A stretch of 64,000 nt of DNA from Rotaria socialis (taxonomy: Eukaryota), in contig CAJNYD010000013.1 of assembly GCA_905331295.1 (NCBI GenBank), positions 62,001-126,000 on the forward strand, written 5' to 3'. Numbering within the stretch: position 1 is the first letter of the stretch; each line of letters starts with the position of its first letter. Below the pieces are notes generated by a model that worked only from the letters and a program-made list of their open reading frames with translations, ran no database searches and was not told the DNA's origin. The position numbers were made by a program, and so were the translations under genes. Positions 28,705 to 41,120 of this stretch are shown one piece after another.

Positions 28705-29160
28705 CGATTGGGGAAGATCAAGTAATACAATGATTGTCACACTTGTGCCCTTTTTGTTGTTTCTTTGCGTCAAAATAAATCTACTCGTTAAAATATTGTG
28801 TCTTTATGTGTTTCTTCTTCTAGTCTATTCAATTCTTTTTTCTCTTCTGCAATGATCAGTCTTTTTTTCTTTCGTTCTTATTTTTACTATCGTGTCATTG
28901 TCTTTTCAATACGCACGACACGCATATAGTTTGAAAGATAATGTGAAATAAAATAGAAAACAAGTACGAAATCGTTTTATTTTTGGAAATGAAGCTTGTA
29001 GCGTAATTGAACGATTTCATATGTTTACTTTCATATGAGACACGACGAAACAAAGAAGGATTAACATAAAGAAAGCGAAAGACATGTCGCAATATGTAAC
29101 TTATTGTCTCGGTTATTTTATTTTTTGTTAATTCTGTATAAAGATAACACACAAACACAA

Positions 29161-32100
29161 ATGTATAAAAGTATCCTACTATATTGTTTTTTACTCTTAT
29201 TAACCCTCACAAATGTTTTTGTTCATGGCTCATGCGATATATTTTTTTATAATAAAGTAGATGGCCAATTTTTTCTTGTTAATCGAATCAAGTAATTTGC
29301 TTTTTGTATTTAATTTTCAAAGTGTCCATTACCACCAGTTACAATAACAGTAAATATTGCCGAGTTTTGTCGAGACGCTAAAAAACATGTTGATTGCGTA
29401 AATAGACGTTTGGAAAACTGCACTGAAGTTCAAGAATATGGGCCAGCTTTAGGTAGGTTAAAGCTTATTCTATTTAATTTAATAAAGTTAGTAAATATTT
29501 ATCATTTATTTTTGATAGATTTTAAAAGGAAAAGTGTTCGATGATTTTTTTGATGAGAAAGAAATATTCTATGTTGGGTGTCATAGAAAAACATTTTTTA
29601 AGAACCAATCAGAGAACAAGCATTGTACCATTTTTCAATGTTAAGGAGAAACAAAAGTAAAAGCAAAAAACTTAATTGACTGAAACGTAAGGTGCCCGTA
29701 ATTCAAAAATCGAGTAGAATTTGTTTTGTTGATTTTTTTTGGCATAGTTCGATCGAGCTCGTTGAGCTCTACAAAACTGTATATATCAAAAAACTTCAAA
29801 GCGTTTTTCATAAAATAAAAAAAACTTAAAATCTTTTTCTATGACAAAAAGCACTCAATTTTTTGAAAAATCCAGCTTTCCCCCCATTATTATCGTTACC
29901 TAGGATCTTTAAATACATGCTCATTCGATGCAGCGTGAAAAACTGCATCGAACGATATAGGTTATGTACTGTGCCATTACAACGGAAAAAAATGAGAACC
30001 GAAAATTTTGTTTATAAGCTATTGGTTAAGGTAAATAGTTTAAGAATGNATCATTTAAAAAAGAAAAAGAAAAACGATGAGTCACCACCACTTTGTGAAC
30101 AAAGACAAGCGATGTAGACAGTGAAGTTATAGTATAGAACGCGTCTTATCGTGAGCACGACGAGGGAACGAATGAACGATATAGGTTATGTACTGTGCCA
30201 TTACAACGGAAAAAAATGAGAACCGAAAATTTTGTTTATAAGCGTTTGTTTAAGGTAAATAGTTTAAGAATGTAGGAATATGAAACTGGTCGAGTTCTAT
30301 CAGACCTCATCAACTGAGAAAAATGTCGTGATAATCAAAATTTAAAAAAATAGCTGGGGTCTCGATTCTAGATTACATTTCATGAAATAGGAAAACTGCC
30401 ATGCAATGAACGTGAACAGATGAGAAATGAATGGATGACTTAACTATACGTTTATTGATGCGCCATGGGTGAACAAATATGTCGATGCTTAAATGTAGAT
30501 AGGTGTTAAATTCACTGACACAATCATTGGGACTTAGAAAAGTTGGAATTTACTAAAATGCAATTCGAATAGCTGAACCAGAGATAAGATCTACACATTT
30601 TTCTAAATTTCAGCATGCTAAATTACTATTCACTTATAAATATAGAACTACAATATTGGTTATCTGTAATCGATGTTTACTAAATTGCGAGCGTGAGATT
30701 TAAGTGGGTCTGAAAAGATTCTCCAAATAGAATTCGATTAAATTACAGTACTATGGATCCGGAATCCCTATACAATTGCGTTACCAGATTTCCGACAACA
30801 TTCCTATAGGATTCAACCGGATTATATAAGATTCTCATCAAATCCAATTTTAGTATTGATTCTTCAAGATACCAATGCATGAGAAAAAAGTTTTGTTTTA
30901 GATGAGAGTCGAGAACACAGACTTTTGTTTTTTGAAGTAAAACGTTTGTCTTTTTCTTTTGTTTAGTTAAGGAATTAATTCATTTGAATTTAAAAAAATA
31001 AAATTTCAGGTGAAAACACTACGTGCTTGTTCAATTATAGTTTTATTAAGATATTTTCTCCATAAAGTAAATCGAAAATCAATCCAGGTGCTCTACATTT
31101 GACTTTTTTCAATGCGATTTGCAAGAATTTCATTATAAATCAGAGACGTGCACAGGACAGGGCGGTCCGGTTGTCATGTTGTCCTGTCCTGCCGCCCGTC
31201 AGAGCCAAGGTAGCCAGCGGAACAGGCAAGGACAGGAGAAAAATGATGTCCCGTGCACGTCTCTGGTAGGAACTTGGTTTTGTTAATTTTCCGTTTTTTT
31301 TATTTCGTAGTTAAACACTGCCTATTTGCTGTTGTTTCTTTAAATAGTATCAAGTTTAAGATAAAACATTCAGCTACAATCAATCTTGTTCATATTTTTT
31401 TCTTGTCGCGAAAGTTAAGATATTTCTCTATTTTATTGTATTCATAAATTAGTGCTAATTTAACGTGCATTTGTTGTATTTGAAAATGATGCCAAATAAA
31501 TTAAGCCTAAGATTACTAATTAGTACTAATATTTACTTTGATCGAGAACAGCTAGGGTTTGGAGTCCGAACTTCGGACTCATAATTAGCTTTCAGTCACT
31601 AGAAAAATGGGAATAAATCAGTAACGCTAACCAGGGCATGATTTTAACGTATTGTCCTGCCGCCCGCTAGGACGAAGATTACCAATGGTGCCAACGCGCA
31701 CAGGATAAGGTTTCGATTTTTCCCTGCCCTGCCCTGCCGCCTGCTAGAACCAAGGTAGCCAACATGGCAGGCAAGGGCAGGAGAAAAAATTATGCCCTGT
31801 GCACGTCTCTGTTATAAACCATACATTAGTCGACAACCAGTTTGTATATAATAGCAGTTCTATTGCCATAAAGTTTTTTCTTTCATTTATAGAAACTTTA
31901 AAACTAACATTTAAAGTTTATTTGACCCAAGCGACATCACATGGTTGTCACAATCTTTATGATTTAATACGAATACCACGACGACTACCACGCACACGAC
32001 GCTCAACAACTAAAAAACCTCGTAGACGCAAATCAAAAAGACGTCGAACAACAGTGGCTGTTGAATATCATTGTCGAAAAAAACTTGTTGTTGACTCCTG

Positions 32101-32362
32101 TGGATCTTGGAATGAATCTTTATCGATTCTTAATCGAACAATATGTGGTCATGCTTTTCACTATATTCAATGTCTATCACCATTGAAAATGAAATGCCAA
32201 AATATGCTATCCAACGATGAACAAATTCTACATATTCAAGCATTTATACAAAAATGTTTTAAAAAATTTATAAAATCATCCAAAAATCATATCGATTGTT
32301 TAAATTCAAATTTTACTTTTGTTTTTATTTGCTTAGTAACTTTATTTTTAAATAATAATTAA
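29161..32362 (+). CDS. Secreted, possibly GPI-anchored Cys-rich protein, 3 exons
   Basis: Signal peptide MYKSILLYCFLLLLTLTNVFVHG. Exon 2 CPLPP...FCRDAKKHVDCVNRRLENC. Exon 3 from ~31892 carries a second Cys cluster and a hydrophobic C-terminus FTFVFICLVTLFL. Confidence 0.7.
29950..30272. repeat. ~99-bp direct duplication across a single-N scaffold join
   Basis: 29950-30048 is nearly identical to 30174-30272 with a few mismatches; N at 30049. Confidence 0.85.
31141..31811. mobile_element. Non-autonomous hAT-like element (MITE) in an intron
   Basis: TIR CAGAGACGTGCAC at 31141 and GTGCACGTCTCTG ending at 31811. 8-bp flanks TTATAAAT (31133-31140) and TTATAAAC (31812-31819). A second right end finishes at 31265. 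Confidence 0.8.
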
Positions 32363-32771
32363 GTCAAGTTCTAGAAAATTTGTGTTCGTTTTGTTTATTT
32401 TTGACATAATATCTAAATAAAATTATAACACGATATATTCGCATATGTAATGGTTCTTTTGATGAGAAATTTATTTATAGTAAACAGTTTAAAAAATGTT
32501 TAACTATTATTAAATTTCCTATTTAAATAACACTTAAAAGAAAATATACATTTAATACAAAGAAAAAAGATAATTTGTTTTTCTGCATACACACAAGTAC
32601 AATATTCTTCGGCGCAGATAAATTGACGTTCGCTAATGAGAACTAGCTTGAAATTTTTTGAATTATATAAATAAAATATATTTTGTATAAGAGAGGAGTA
32701 CTGATAAAAAATTCATATATAGTTCTAACATATTCGTTTGCTAGCCGTCTATTATTTATATTAGATTCCGA

Positions 32772-34021
32772 TTAGCCCTCATTTGTTTCTGTTGATTTAT
32801 TTTTGCTTGCTGAATTACCACGAAAAGGTAATGGATACATCCCTATGACATACGAAGTCACTATTAGCTAAGAGAAAGAAGAAGAAGAAAAAAAGAGACA
32901 TTAGTATCCCTCACCTAATAAACATCTTTGTTGCGAAATAGAGAAAAATAGATAAATCAAACTTGTGTAATAATTAAAAATTTACCAAAAAAAATATAAA
33001 TAATTTTTTGCCTAAATAGTGATTAAACCAATTATAGAAAATAATCTATATCTAAACTATATTTCAATTTATCTCTTACTGAAAGTTGTGTTATATGTAC
33101 GGATCGTAATCTCCATTGAGCTCTCATTAATTTTGGTAAATCAATACCGAATAAAGCTAAAATTCGCCCAGATGCTCGTTCGATACGATCCGCAAAACTG
33201 TATAGAATACAGATTTCAAGAGCCTGAATCCGTAAATTTTTACCGAAATTAATTAGCTTACTCAATACGCATAACATCACTAATAGCATTTCCAAGACCA
33301 GTAGCTTTTTCAAATGTACGAACGATTTCTTTTTGTTTTGTTTCTTAATTGCGTATACTCAATTGCCTGTCATAGTAGAACGGGGGAAAGGAGCACTAAA
33401 AAATATTTCAATCGTTTCGCCCTAATCATTATAAAATATTGGTAAATTAAATAAAAATATAATCTAGAATTACCGCACTAAGAATAATGAAATTATCAAC
33501 AAAACCAAAACCAATATATGAAAGACCAGTTTCATGAAAAACTATAATGTAAGTCACCTATCAACTTCTTTTATCAACGGCTGGTTATATGAAGGACTTA
33601 TTTTAATTGACCTACTGGCTAGTGTTGGATTTTCCACATGAATTAATGCATCGCGAAGAATTCTTCGATGTTCTTAAATAAAGAACTTGGTTTTTGAACA
33701 ATTAAGATTATTTAAAAATCAACCTGGCTCAAGTGATAGCAGAAAACTTCGTGCTAATAAATGCGTATGTCTATGGGGTTCATTTTTTAGATGATCAGCT
33801 TTCGTAGACATTGAAGCAATCGTTGTGTTGGATGTATTATGCTTAATGCGATATTTTAAAAATAGAAACCGAACAATTTTAAGTGAAAACCGTGAAGTTG
33901 AGCGACGAGATGATGTATCATTTCTGATTGATTTATTGAAAAAATTAGTGTGTAAAAAGATTTGCAGAAAAGACACTGTTCGTGGTAGCCAACAAGTGCG
34001 CAGAGATAAACAGGAAGACAT
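32772..34021 (-). CDS. TMEM65: TMEM65-like mitochondrial inner-membrane protein, multi-exon, divergent
   Basis: Arg/Ser-rich presequence-like exon 1 ending ARSFLLSLEP. Motifs YIGFGFVDNFIILSAGETIE, STMTATGLGNAISD and IGMYPL correspond to TMEM65 (FIGFGFLDN...STMAAAALGN..SD...LGMFPL). Confidence 0.75.
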
Positions 34022-35960
34022 TTTTGCTTAACTAAGCCTATGAGTATTCTTTTATGTTAATGGTTAGTTAGTTGATAGCTTTAGTACAATCTATAGATAC
34101 TCAGTTGAGAATCAATCTCAAGAAAAGAACAGTCAAGGAAGCCCACTGAAAAAGATTTTATCAAAGATGACAGTAGTAAATTTTCTGTGACATAAAAGAA
34201 TAATAGTGATTTTTTTTATTTTAGAATTCTTCATTGAATAGGTTGAAATTTGCATGATCAGTGCCACTCTGACAGCATTTTCTGGTAGAAAGAAAGTTAA
34301 AGAAATTCTTTTGTCGAATTCTGCTCCGATTCAAGATTGTATTGATTACAATAAAATTTGCCTGAAGCTGTCCGTAGTAGATTACACGCTTCTTCTTTTG
34401 ATAGTAACAGATTTAGCGCAAATAGTATGCGCATCAAACAAGGATAAACATTTATCTGTTATTCTCAATGGTAATTATGATATATATTTCTTGCTTTCAT
34501 ACACACTATATCCAAAGTGAATCTTTTTCGTGAAGCTATAGCTTCATCGGAAAAGAATATCTTTGAATCTTTTATCGAATTACAATCAGAATTGTAATGA
34601 TTTTAACATTCATTTCTTATCTGGATTGTATCACTAAAAATATTGAATAAGTCTATATCCATCGTTCTGTTTTTGAATGTTTCTTTTTAATTATCAAATC
34701 TACATGAAACGCTAACTATTAGATGTATGAAGATAAGAATAATGTTGACCGACGAACAAAATTGTAATTGATAACTTTTTTCACAACCTGAGCAGTTTTC
34801 CACATATTTTAACTAATTACTCTTGATGAATATGTGTTGGTTCTAGAGAGTAATATAATAAAATGTTCTTATAATAGGCGCCAAATTCGAACGGATATAA
34901 TCATGACTGCACTCATTTCTATGGAGACTTCTACTGTATACAAGTCAATGTCAGGATTATGTACTACTCAATGCTATGACGAGAAAGAAAATTTCAAGTT
35001 GAGAAAATTAGGCTCGTATAATTGATATACGTCATACCAATTGTACAAATTTCATTTCGGCATCACAAAACATTTTCTGTTTTTCTGTTACTAATGGATT
35101 CGAATGGAATAACTGAAGTGTACAAATTTTCATGAAGCTTACTGCATTATTATATACAATTGATAAACATACAACATAGCAAATAGGGTTTAGAAGAAAA
35201 GAAAAAACTTGTTATATTCGTTTAAAATCCAATGCAGAAAACGAACCTGTGTTGGTCTACGATACAAACTTTGAAAATTTAATAGAATTAAATCTTGCTT
35301 AAAGTCATCTGGCATTTTTTTTATGAAACTTAGTGGACCAAATAAGTCTTTTAAATGAACAGATCGAGTTAAAAATTTGATTCGAAATGAATAGATGATA
35401 GTTTGGTTAAAGAAAGCTGAATTATTCCTGAAATCTTTTTTTTAAACGGTAAGACCCATTGTTTTTTAACCGGCATACTTCCGATAGAACAAAACAAAAA
35501 CGGTTCCATATGATTAGAATTATTCATTCATAGTTAAAAATATATCTATGGATATCGACTCAATGAATCTTGTCTAATCGATCTAATGATGTTGACCCGT
35601 ATTCTACTTCTTTCATATATGAATAAAATAGTGATCATGGTTAGTACTTAGAAAACCAATGTTCACTTGATTCACCCCTCTACTCATTAAAGTCGCCATA
35701 TTTGAAGAAAAATTTAATTTAAATTGATTTTAACGAAATAAAAAGATTTCAAGTTCTTTTTATACTTTTGAAGTAAATTATTTCGTTGTTATATTAGCAA
35801 TTCTTGTAAAAGTTAGTTGAAAAGAAAAACAAAACAATTTTACAACACTAGTACAAGTCGTATGTCACATGAGATTCAAATATAATTGTATACAAACAGA
35901 TCGAGCAAATTATAGTACGTAGTTTTTCAAAGCAAACCAATAGGAACATTGAAAGAGTTA

Positions 35961-37714
35961 TTACCATCTCCATAATTTTGGTGCTTGACATGTATTTGCA
36001 TTCCACCAAGCATCCATATCATCGATTACATTTGGTGTTGAATCAAGATGCAAACGTAAACAAACATCGCAAATCGGTGTGAACAATTGACTTACGCCCC
36101 ACACATAATCTTTCTTCCATGAAAAATATGATAAATATTTTTCTTTATCATAGCGAACTTTTTTAAGATATTGAGCTAACGCCGTAAAATTAGAAAACTT
36201 ATTTACATTTATAAAACCAGATGATGGAATAAAAGTAGAATAATCTGTGCGTCCATAAACAATAGGTACAATGGGATGTTCAAGCACGGAGAAAAATTTT
36301 TCCGCTATAAAAGAAAAATAATTCAGTTCTTGTTCTCGTTATCGAAACATTTTACACATACTTGTATAATCTGTACATAGGCTGTTTTCAAAACTAAGAA
36401 AAAAATAATATCTTTTTCCAATGAACTCTCGACAATCGACATTTTCAGGACATTGGTTACCACATCGTCCATAAATTTTAACATCCATGTGGCGTTGTAA
36501 ACGTCTTATAAAAGTTAATCGTCCGCTTTTACCACCACAATTTGATATTAATGCTGCAGCTGTACCTAAGTTTTTATTCGTTAGCATCTCATCGGAAAGT
36601 TGATAATTAGCTTTTCTTAAATTTAAATTAAGATTTTTTGCAGTATTTTCTTTTAGAAGATACCTATAATAATCGCTAGATGTATGTATGTAAGCATTGC
36701 TTGAATAGTATGATGCTACTACATGAGATTGAAATCGGTAAGTCATTGTCCAATTGAAAAACTTTTTATAAGATTTTATATTAGGCGTATGTGGTGGCGA
36801 CTCCCAGAGAGCGAATACAAAGCGTTGATGTGGACGGCGGTTCTTTTCAGCTTTTTTCCTATCAATTTTATCACGCATATGATAAATAACGGCATCAGCC
36901 TCTGAAAAACGATTTTTATCGGTTGTTATATCACAATAGTCACCCAAATATGGACACGAAAGTTGTTTCACTAAAAATGATAAATAGATTTTCAATTATA
37001 TTAAGATTTTACTTTTACTAAGTTCGGTTGAGGTTCCTGTTTTTGTATTCAAGCCCCAACTTCCATCACCGAAAAATCCATTTCCCATTAAAATAAGTTT
37101 TGATCGATTTCTTAAAGATGATAGATTTTGATTATAAATATGTATTGGTAAATGCGGATAGTACGAAGAAGTACGTGATTGAAATAATGGTTGTGCAACT
37201 TGCAAATCAATTTTTGAACTATTTGTTTCTTTTTGAATGACATTCGATATTGAAGGAGCCTTGGTGTAAGAAGGTTTGTGATATATTTGCACTATTTGCA
37301 ACATATAGAACTTTGAACTCGAAAATAATCCATAAAATATAATGGCACCGGCGACAAGTCCGCACAAATATAAAATATATTTTTTACAATTACTAGAACA
37401 GAAAAAGATAATATTTTTGAATTTAATCCTAATATTATTCAGGCGTAAAAATAAAATTTATTGTTATTTGAATTTGTATCTTCTAATAAGAGATGCAACT
37501 AATTCGCAAAAAGATTTATATTGCAATATGTATTTCAAGAAGAAAATAGAAAATATTAATTTTCGAGTCTTGGTGACAATCATGGACCTAGACCTTCACA
37601 TAACGATGTCTAGCTGTCAGCTAGGGTAGAAACTTCTTTTGTGAAATGTTGAAGTGATAGATATGTAAAGCGTAATATGATTTCGACTCACCTTTTTTCT
37701 TTATTCAATGCCAT
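35961..37714 (-). CDS. Alpha-(1,3)-fucosyltransferase, GT10 family, type II membrane protein, 4 exons
   Basis: MALNKEK/SNCKKYILYLCGLVAGAIIFYGLF membrane anchor, WESP, FNWTMTYR, and the alpha-3-FucT motif YYFFLSFENSLCTDYT/EKFF...VPIVYG. Confidence 0.92.
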
Positions 37715-37788
37715 TGAAATTGTTTTTGGTAAACTAATAATGCTCTAATTTTTATCAGCGGCAGCCAATGTCTTCTTGTTTTGTATTA

Positions 37789-39164
37789 GGGCAGGTGATG
37801 TTTGTGGTAACGTTAACGATTCGCTTTTAGTAGAATCCATTAGATTGGTCTTATCTAAAGTCACGAAATAAAGATTGTATTTCATTGCTATCAGGAAGTA
37901 GATCTACATAAAATTTTGAATGTGCCATATTTGTGCTTCTCTAGTCTATCTTCTCGTAATCCATTCATTTACTGTTTGTTTTTCACGTATATTTACAAAC
38001 TTCTACTCAATCTTGCATGCAGAAATTTCAGATTCTTGTATGTCTTTCACTTTTAAGTCGCGTGCTGATGAGCCCTTGCTCGATAGCACATTGCAATGTT
38101 GAATCAGTCTTAGTCAAGATAAAACTGCATCAAGAGAACTGTCTCTTATCATCTTGAAATCGAAGTGAAGGCTTCGTTTCGTTTCGTTTTGGTTAAACTA
38201 AAATATTATGACTGCCCCCAAGAGTAGTCTCAAGCTATGTTTTCATAATAGTTTTCACCGAAAATATTTTGTTTTGCCAGTTAGTATGTGTGTGAATTGA
38301 GTTGCAAGTAACCATGGTTCGTACGAATATGAAACACTTCCTATTTATGTTCAATACAATGTCTCATTTCTTAATGATTTTCTACTCAATACAAAATGTT
38401 GATTATAATTTCCATCGAATGGTTGATGACAATCGACAATTTTGTCAGTATTTAATACAATTCGATTCGTATAATTGCTCGATGAAATCCAACCAGATCT
38501 AAAAAAATATGAAAAGATCAGTTTAAAATGTACAGTTACATAGTAGAACATGGGTAATAGAATGTACGTAGTGAAACAATAAAAAAAAGAAAAAATCACT
38601 AAGCAAGTTGATTATAGAACCACACCGGGAAAAAAAGAAATATAAGCACAAATAATATCTGTTACAGTCACGTTTTAGACTAATGCAATAATGATCGATG
38701 ATTTCAGCGCCATAAACATCCTATTTTAAACTGACGTCGAATGATAATCAGTGGTCGCTAGTCATTAAAGTATGAAACTAATGTCGATCCTTTGGCATGA
38801 CTAGTAGAGCACTCTCATTCTACTCACAATTGACTTACAGTTTCTGTCGTTATTGAATCAGATGTATATTTCTAGATGTATTAGATCGTTTTTTCACCGA
38901 ACTTCACAAATGTCTTAAAATGAAAGTCTAAGTGTTTACATTTGAGCACCAGTTTTCTATCTGAAAATTTTCGGCTCTGCATTGGCTATCGTGATTACTG
39001 CCTTATTGTACTCCTAGCTTTTGTTAATCTATACGGGTATAGTGCTTAACATAGGATATTGATGTTCGAATTCTATGAACACAATATAGCATAGAATCTT
39101 TTTGTGGAACTCGCGTATATTTTTGAAGAAAATAGTGAGCGTAAGTTTAAGGGGCAGAATTTTG

Positions 39165-39224
<60 letters not shown>

Positions 39225-39347
39225 NTATGTAGATCTACTTCCTGATAGCAATGAAATACAATCTTTATTTCGTGACTTTAGATAAGACCAATCTAATGGA
39301 TTCTACTAAAAGCGAATCGTTAACGTTACCACAAACATCACCTGCCC
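37789..39347. mobile_element. Non-autonomous TIR element with long (>=120 bp) inverted repeats and a 4-bp ATTA target duplication
   Basis: 37789-37910 (GGGCAGGTGATG...GATCTACATA) is the reverse complement of 39226-39347. ATTA flanks at 37785-37788 and 39348-39351. An assembly gap lies inside. Confidence 0.65.
39166..39225. other. Poly-G run plus N: probable sequencing/assembly artefact
   Basis: ~59 G ending directly at a single-N join in very AT-rich DNA. Confidence 0.85.
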
Positions 39348-41120
39348 ATTACAGACATTAAAAGCTAAGTATTAATTAGAATAAAAATTTAAAAAATGAA
39401 GATAAAACAGGAAAAATACGTAAGAAAAAAAGGGCACCAACCAAATTACAATAATCTTTTGAAAATGGAAAAATAAATGAGAGAGATTTTGGTATGATAA
39501 TCAATTATTTTGAAAAACCAACAGTCTGAGAAATTTTTCATTTTACACATTTTTATTGGTCTATCAAGGCTTCAAGGATATACGTGAGTTCCACATTTTA
39601 GTCCCAAAGGGGCTGCACTGAATAACTTTTCTTATGAAATAAATAAATTTGTATATAGTAAGACCAACATATGTAACTAAAAGAATATACATTAGCAATA
39701 TAAACATGGCGACAGTTATATTTTCTCTCATGTCAATGATCACAAAATATACCTTTTACCTTTTGAAACAAAAGGTTTGATCAAGCAGAACGACATTCTT
39801 ACTATGTAAATAAATCAACAGTAACAGTTGTCTGTGTATACACGTTTTCAATGATTGAAATCATTGTTTTACGATCATATAGTAGGACTCTAGTGTTATT
39901 TGATGATTCAGCCATATTTACCTTGATCTGTATCGAAAATGATATGTCCCATGTAAGTAATAAAATAGTCCAGTCAATCACATGTATCATTTTTATATAT
40001 TCTTTACGTTCACATATACCAAAATAAGTGTCCCTTGCAAGGATATACTATAAAATATGAAAACTCCCAAAAACTAAAAGGTCAACTCAAATGCATTGAA
40101 AAATAAACCTCGAAAGAAACTTTTGGAACAGTGAATATTTATTTACTTGGCCAGATATTTCAAATTTTACTGAATGTAAGGTTTAAAAAAATCAAGACAA
40201 GTTTTGACGCATGTCTTCATCTAGAATCGGATCCGATTGTCTTAACTCGAATTTTCTGTTGTGCTAGAGTTGTAGAAAACTTCACTGAGAAGACTAAAAT
40301 TCGGTTTCATTCAGTTCAAATCTTAGTCTGAGCATAGAAATTTATAATCGGCCGGAGTTGGGTTCACAAAATATGAACCTTTGAACTCGACATGTAGCTG
40401 CATTTATACACACTTATACACAAACACAGAGATAGATCCTCCCTGAGACATAGACTAGTCTATACGTAACGTCGAACCTACTGAAATCAGTATCTAATGA
40501 AGCTCATACTCATCCAACTGCATATCTACATTTACTTCAATTCACTCACAACCATAAAACATTACAATCTTCAACATTTGATATTATCAATATTTTTTTC
40601 TTCTTTGTCTATCTTTGTTTCGACAGTTTCTCTTTCTTTTTAATGCACATCGGTCACCATGATAAATTTCCTTTTCATTCATTTCAAAAATGATGAACAT
40701 ATCTTTTCATAGTCGAATTTCATGTACCGAGTAATGATCAATAGCACGAAAAAAACTCATTTGTGTCATAGCCGACATCCTTTTCTTCATACACGAAACA
40801 GAAAATACATATAATTAACAATAGCAACACTAATAGGTGTTAGTTTCATTTGAATATTAGGGACAATTTTTTCTACGTGACGCTATCAGTTTAAAAAAAT
40901 CAGGTTCAATTAGAAATGGCACTTAGCAAATAAAATTTAAAAAAGAAAAAATATATATATAATCAATAGTTTTTGATAGAAAATAGGTATCTGGATATGT
41001 TCTTTTTCTTTTGTTCTATGGAATTGAAAGGTATACAATACACACACGCACGCACACACTCACACTGTTTCGTAAATGTTTAAATATGTATTTATTAAAT
41101 GGAAGAAAAGTTTATTTTGA

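Noticed and set aside
29950..30272. 99-bp direct repeat as an LTR or true tandem duplication
   Set aside because: The first copy ends exactly at an N. It is most likely overlapping contig ends from two haplotypes.
37746..37840. In-frame TAG upstream of FucT as stop-codon readthrough or recoding
   Set aside because: The upstream ATG lies within the transposon TIR, and the ATG at 37714 already gives a normal type II N-terminus
39166..39225. Poly-G tract as a G-quadruplex or regulatory element
   Set aside because: It ends at an N join. Long poly-G is a typical two-colour sequencing no-signal artefact.
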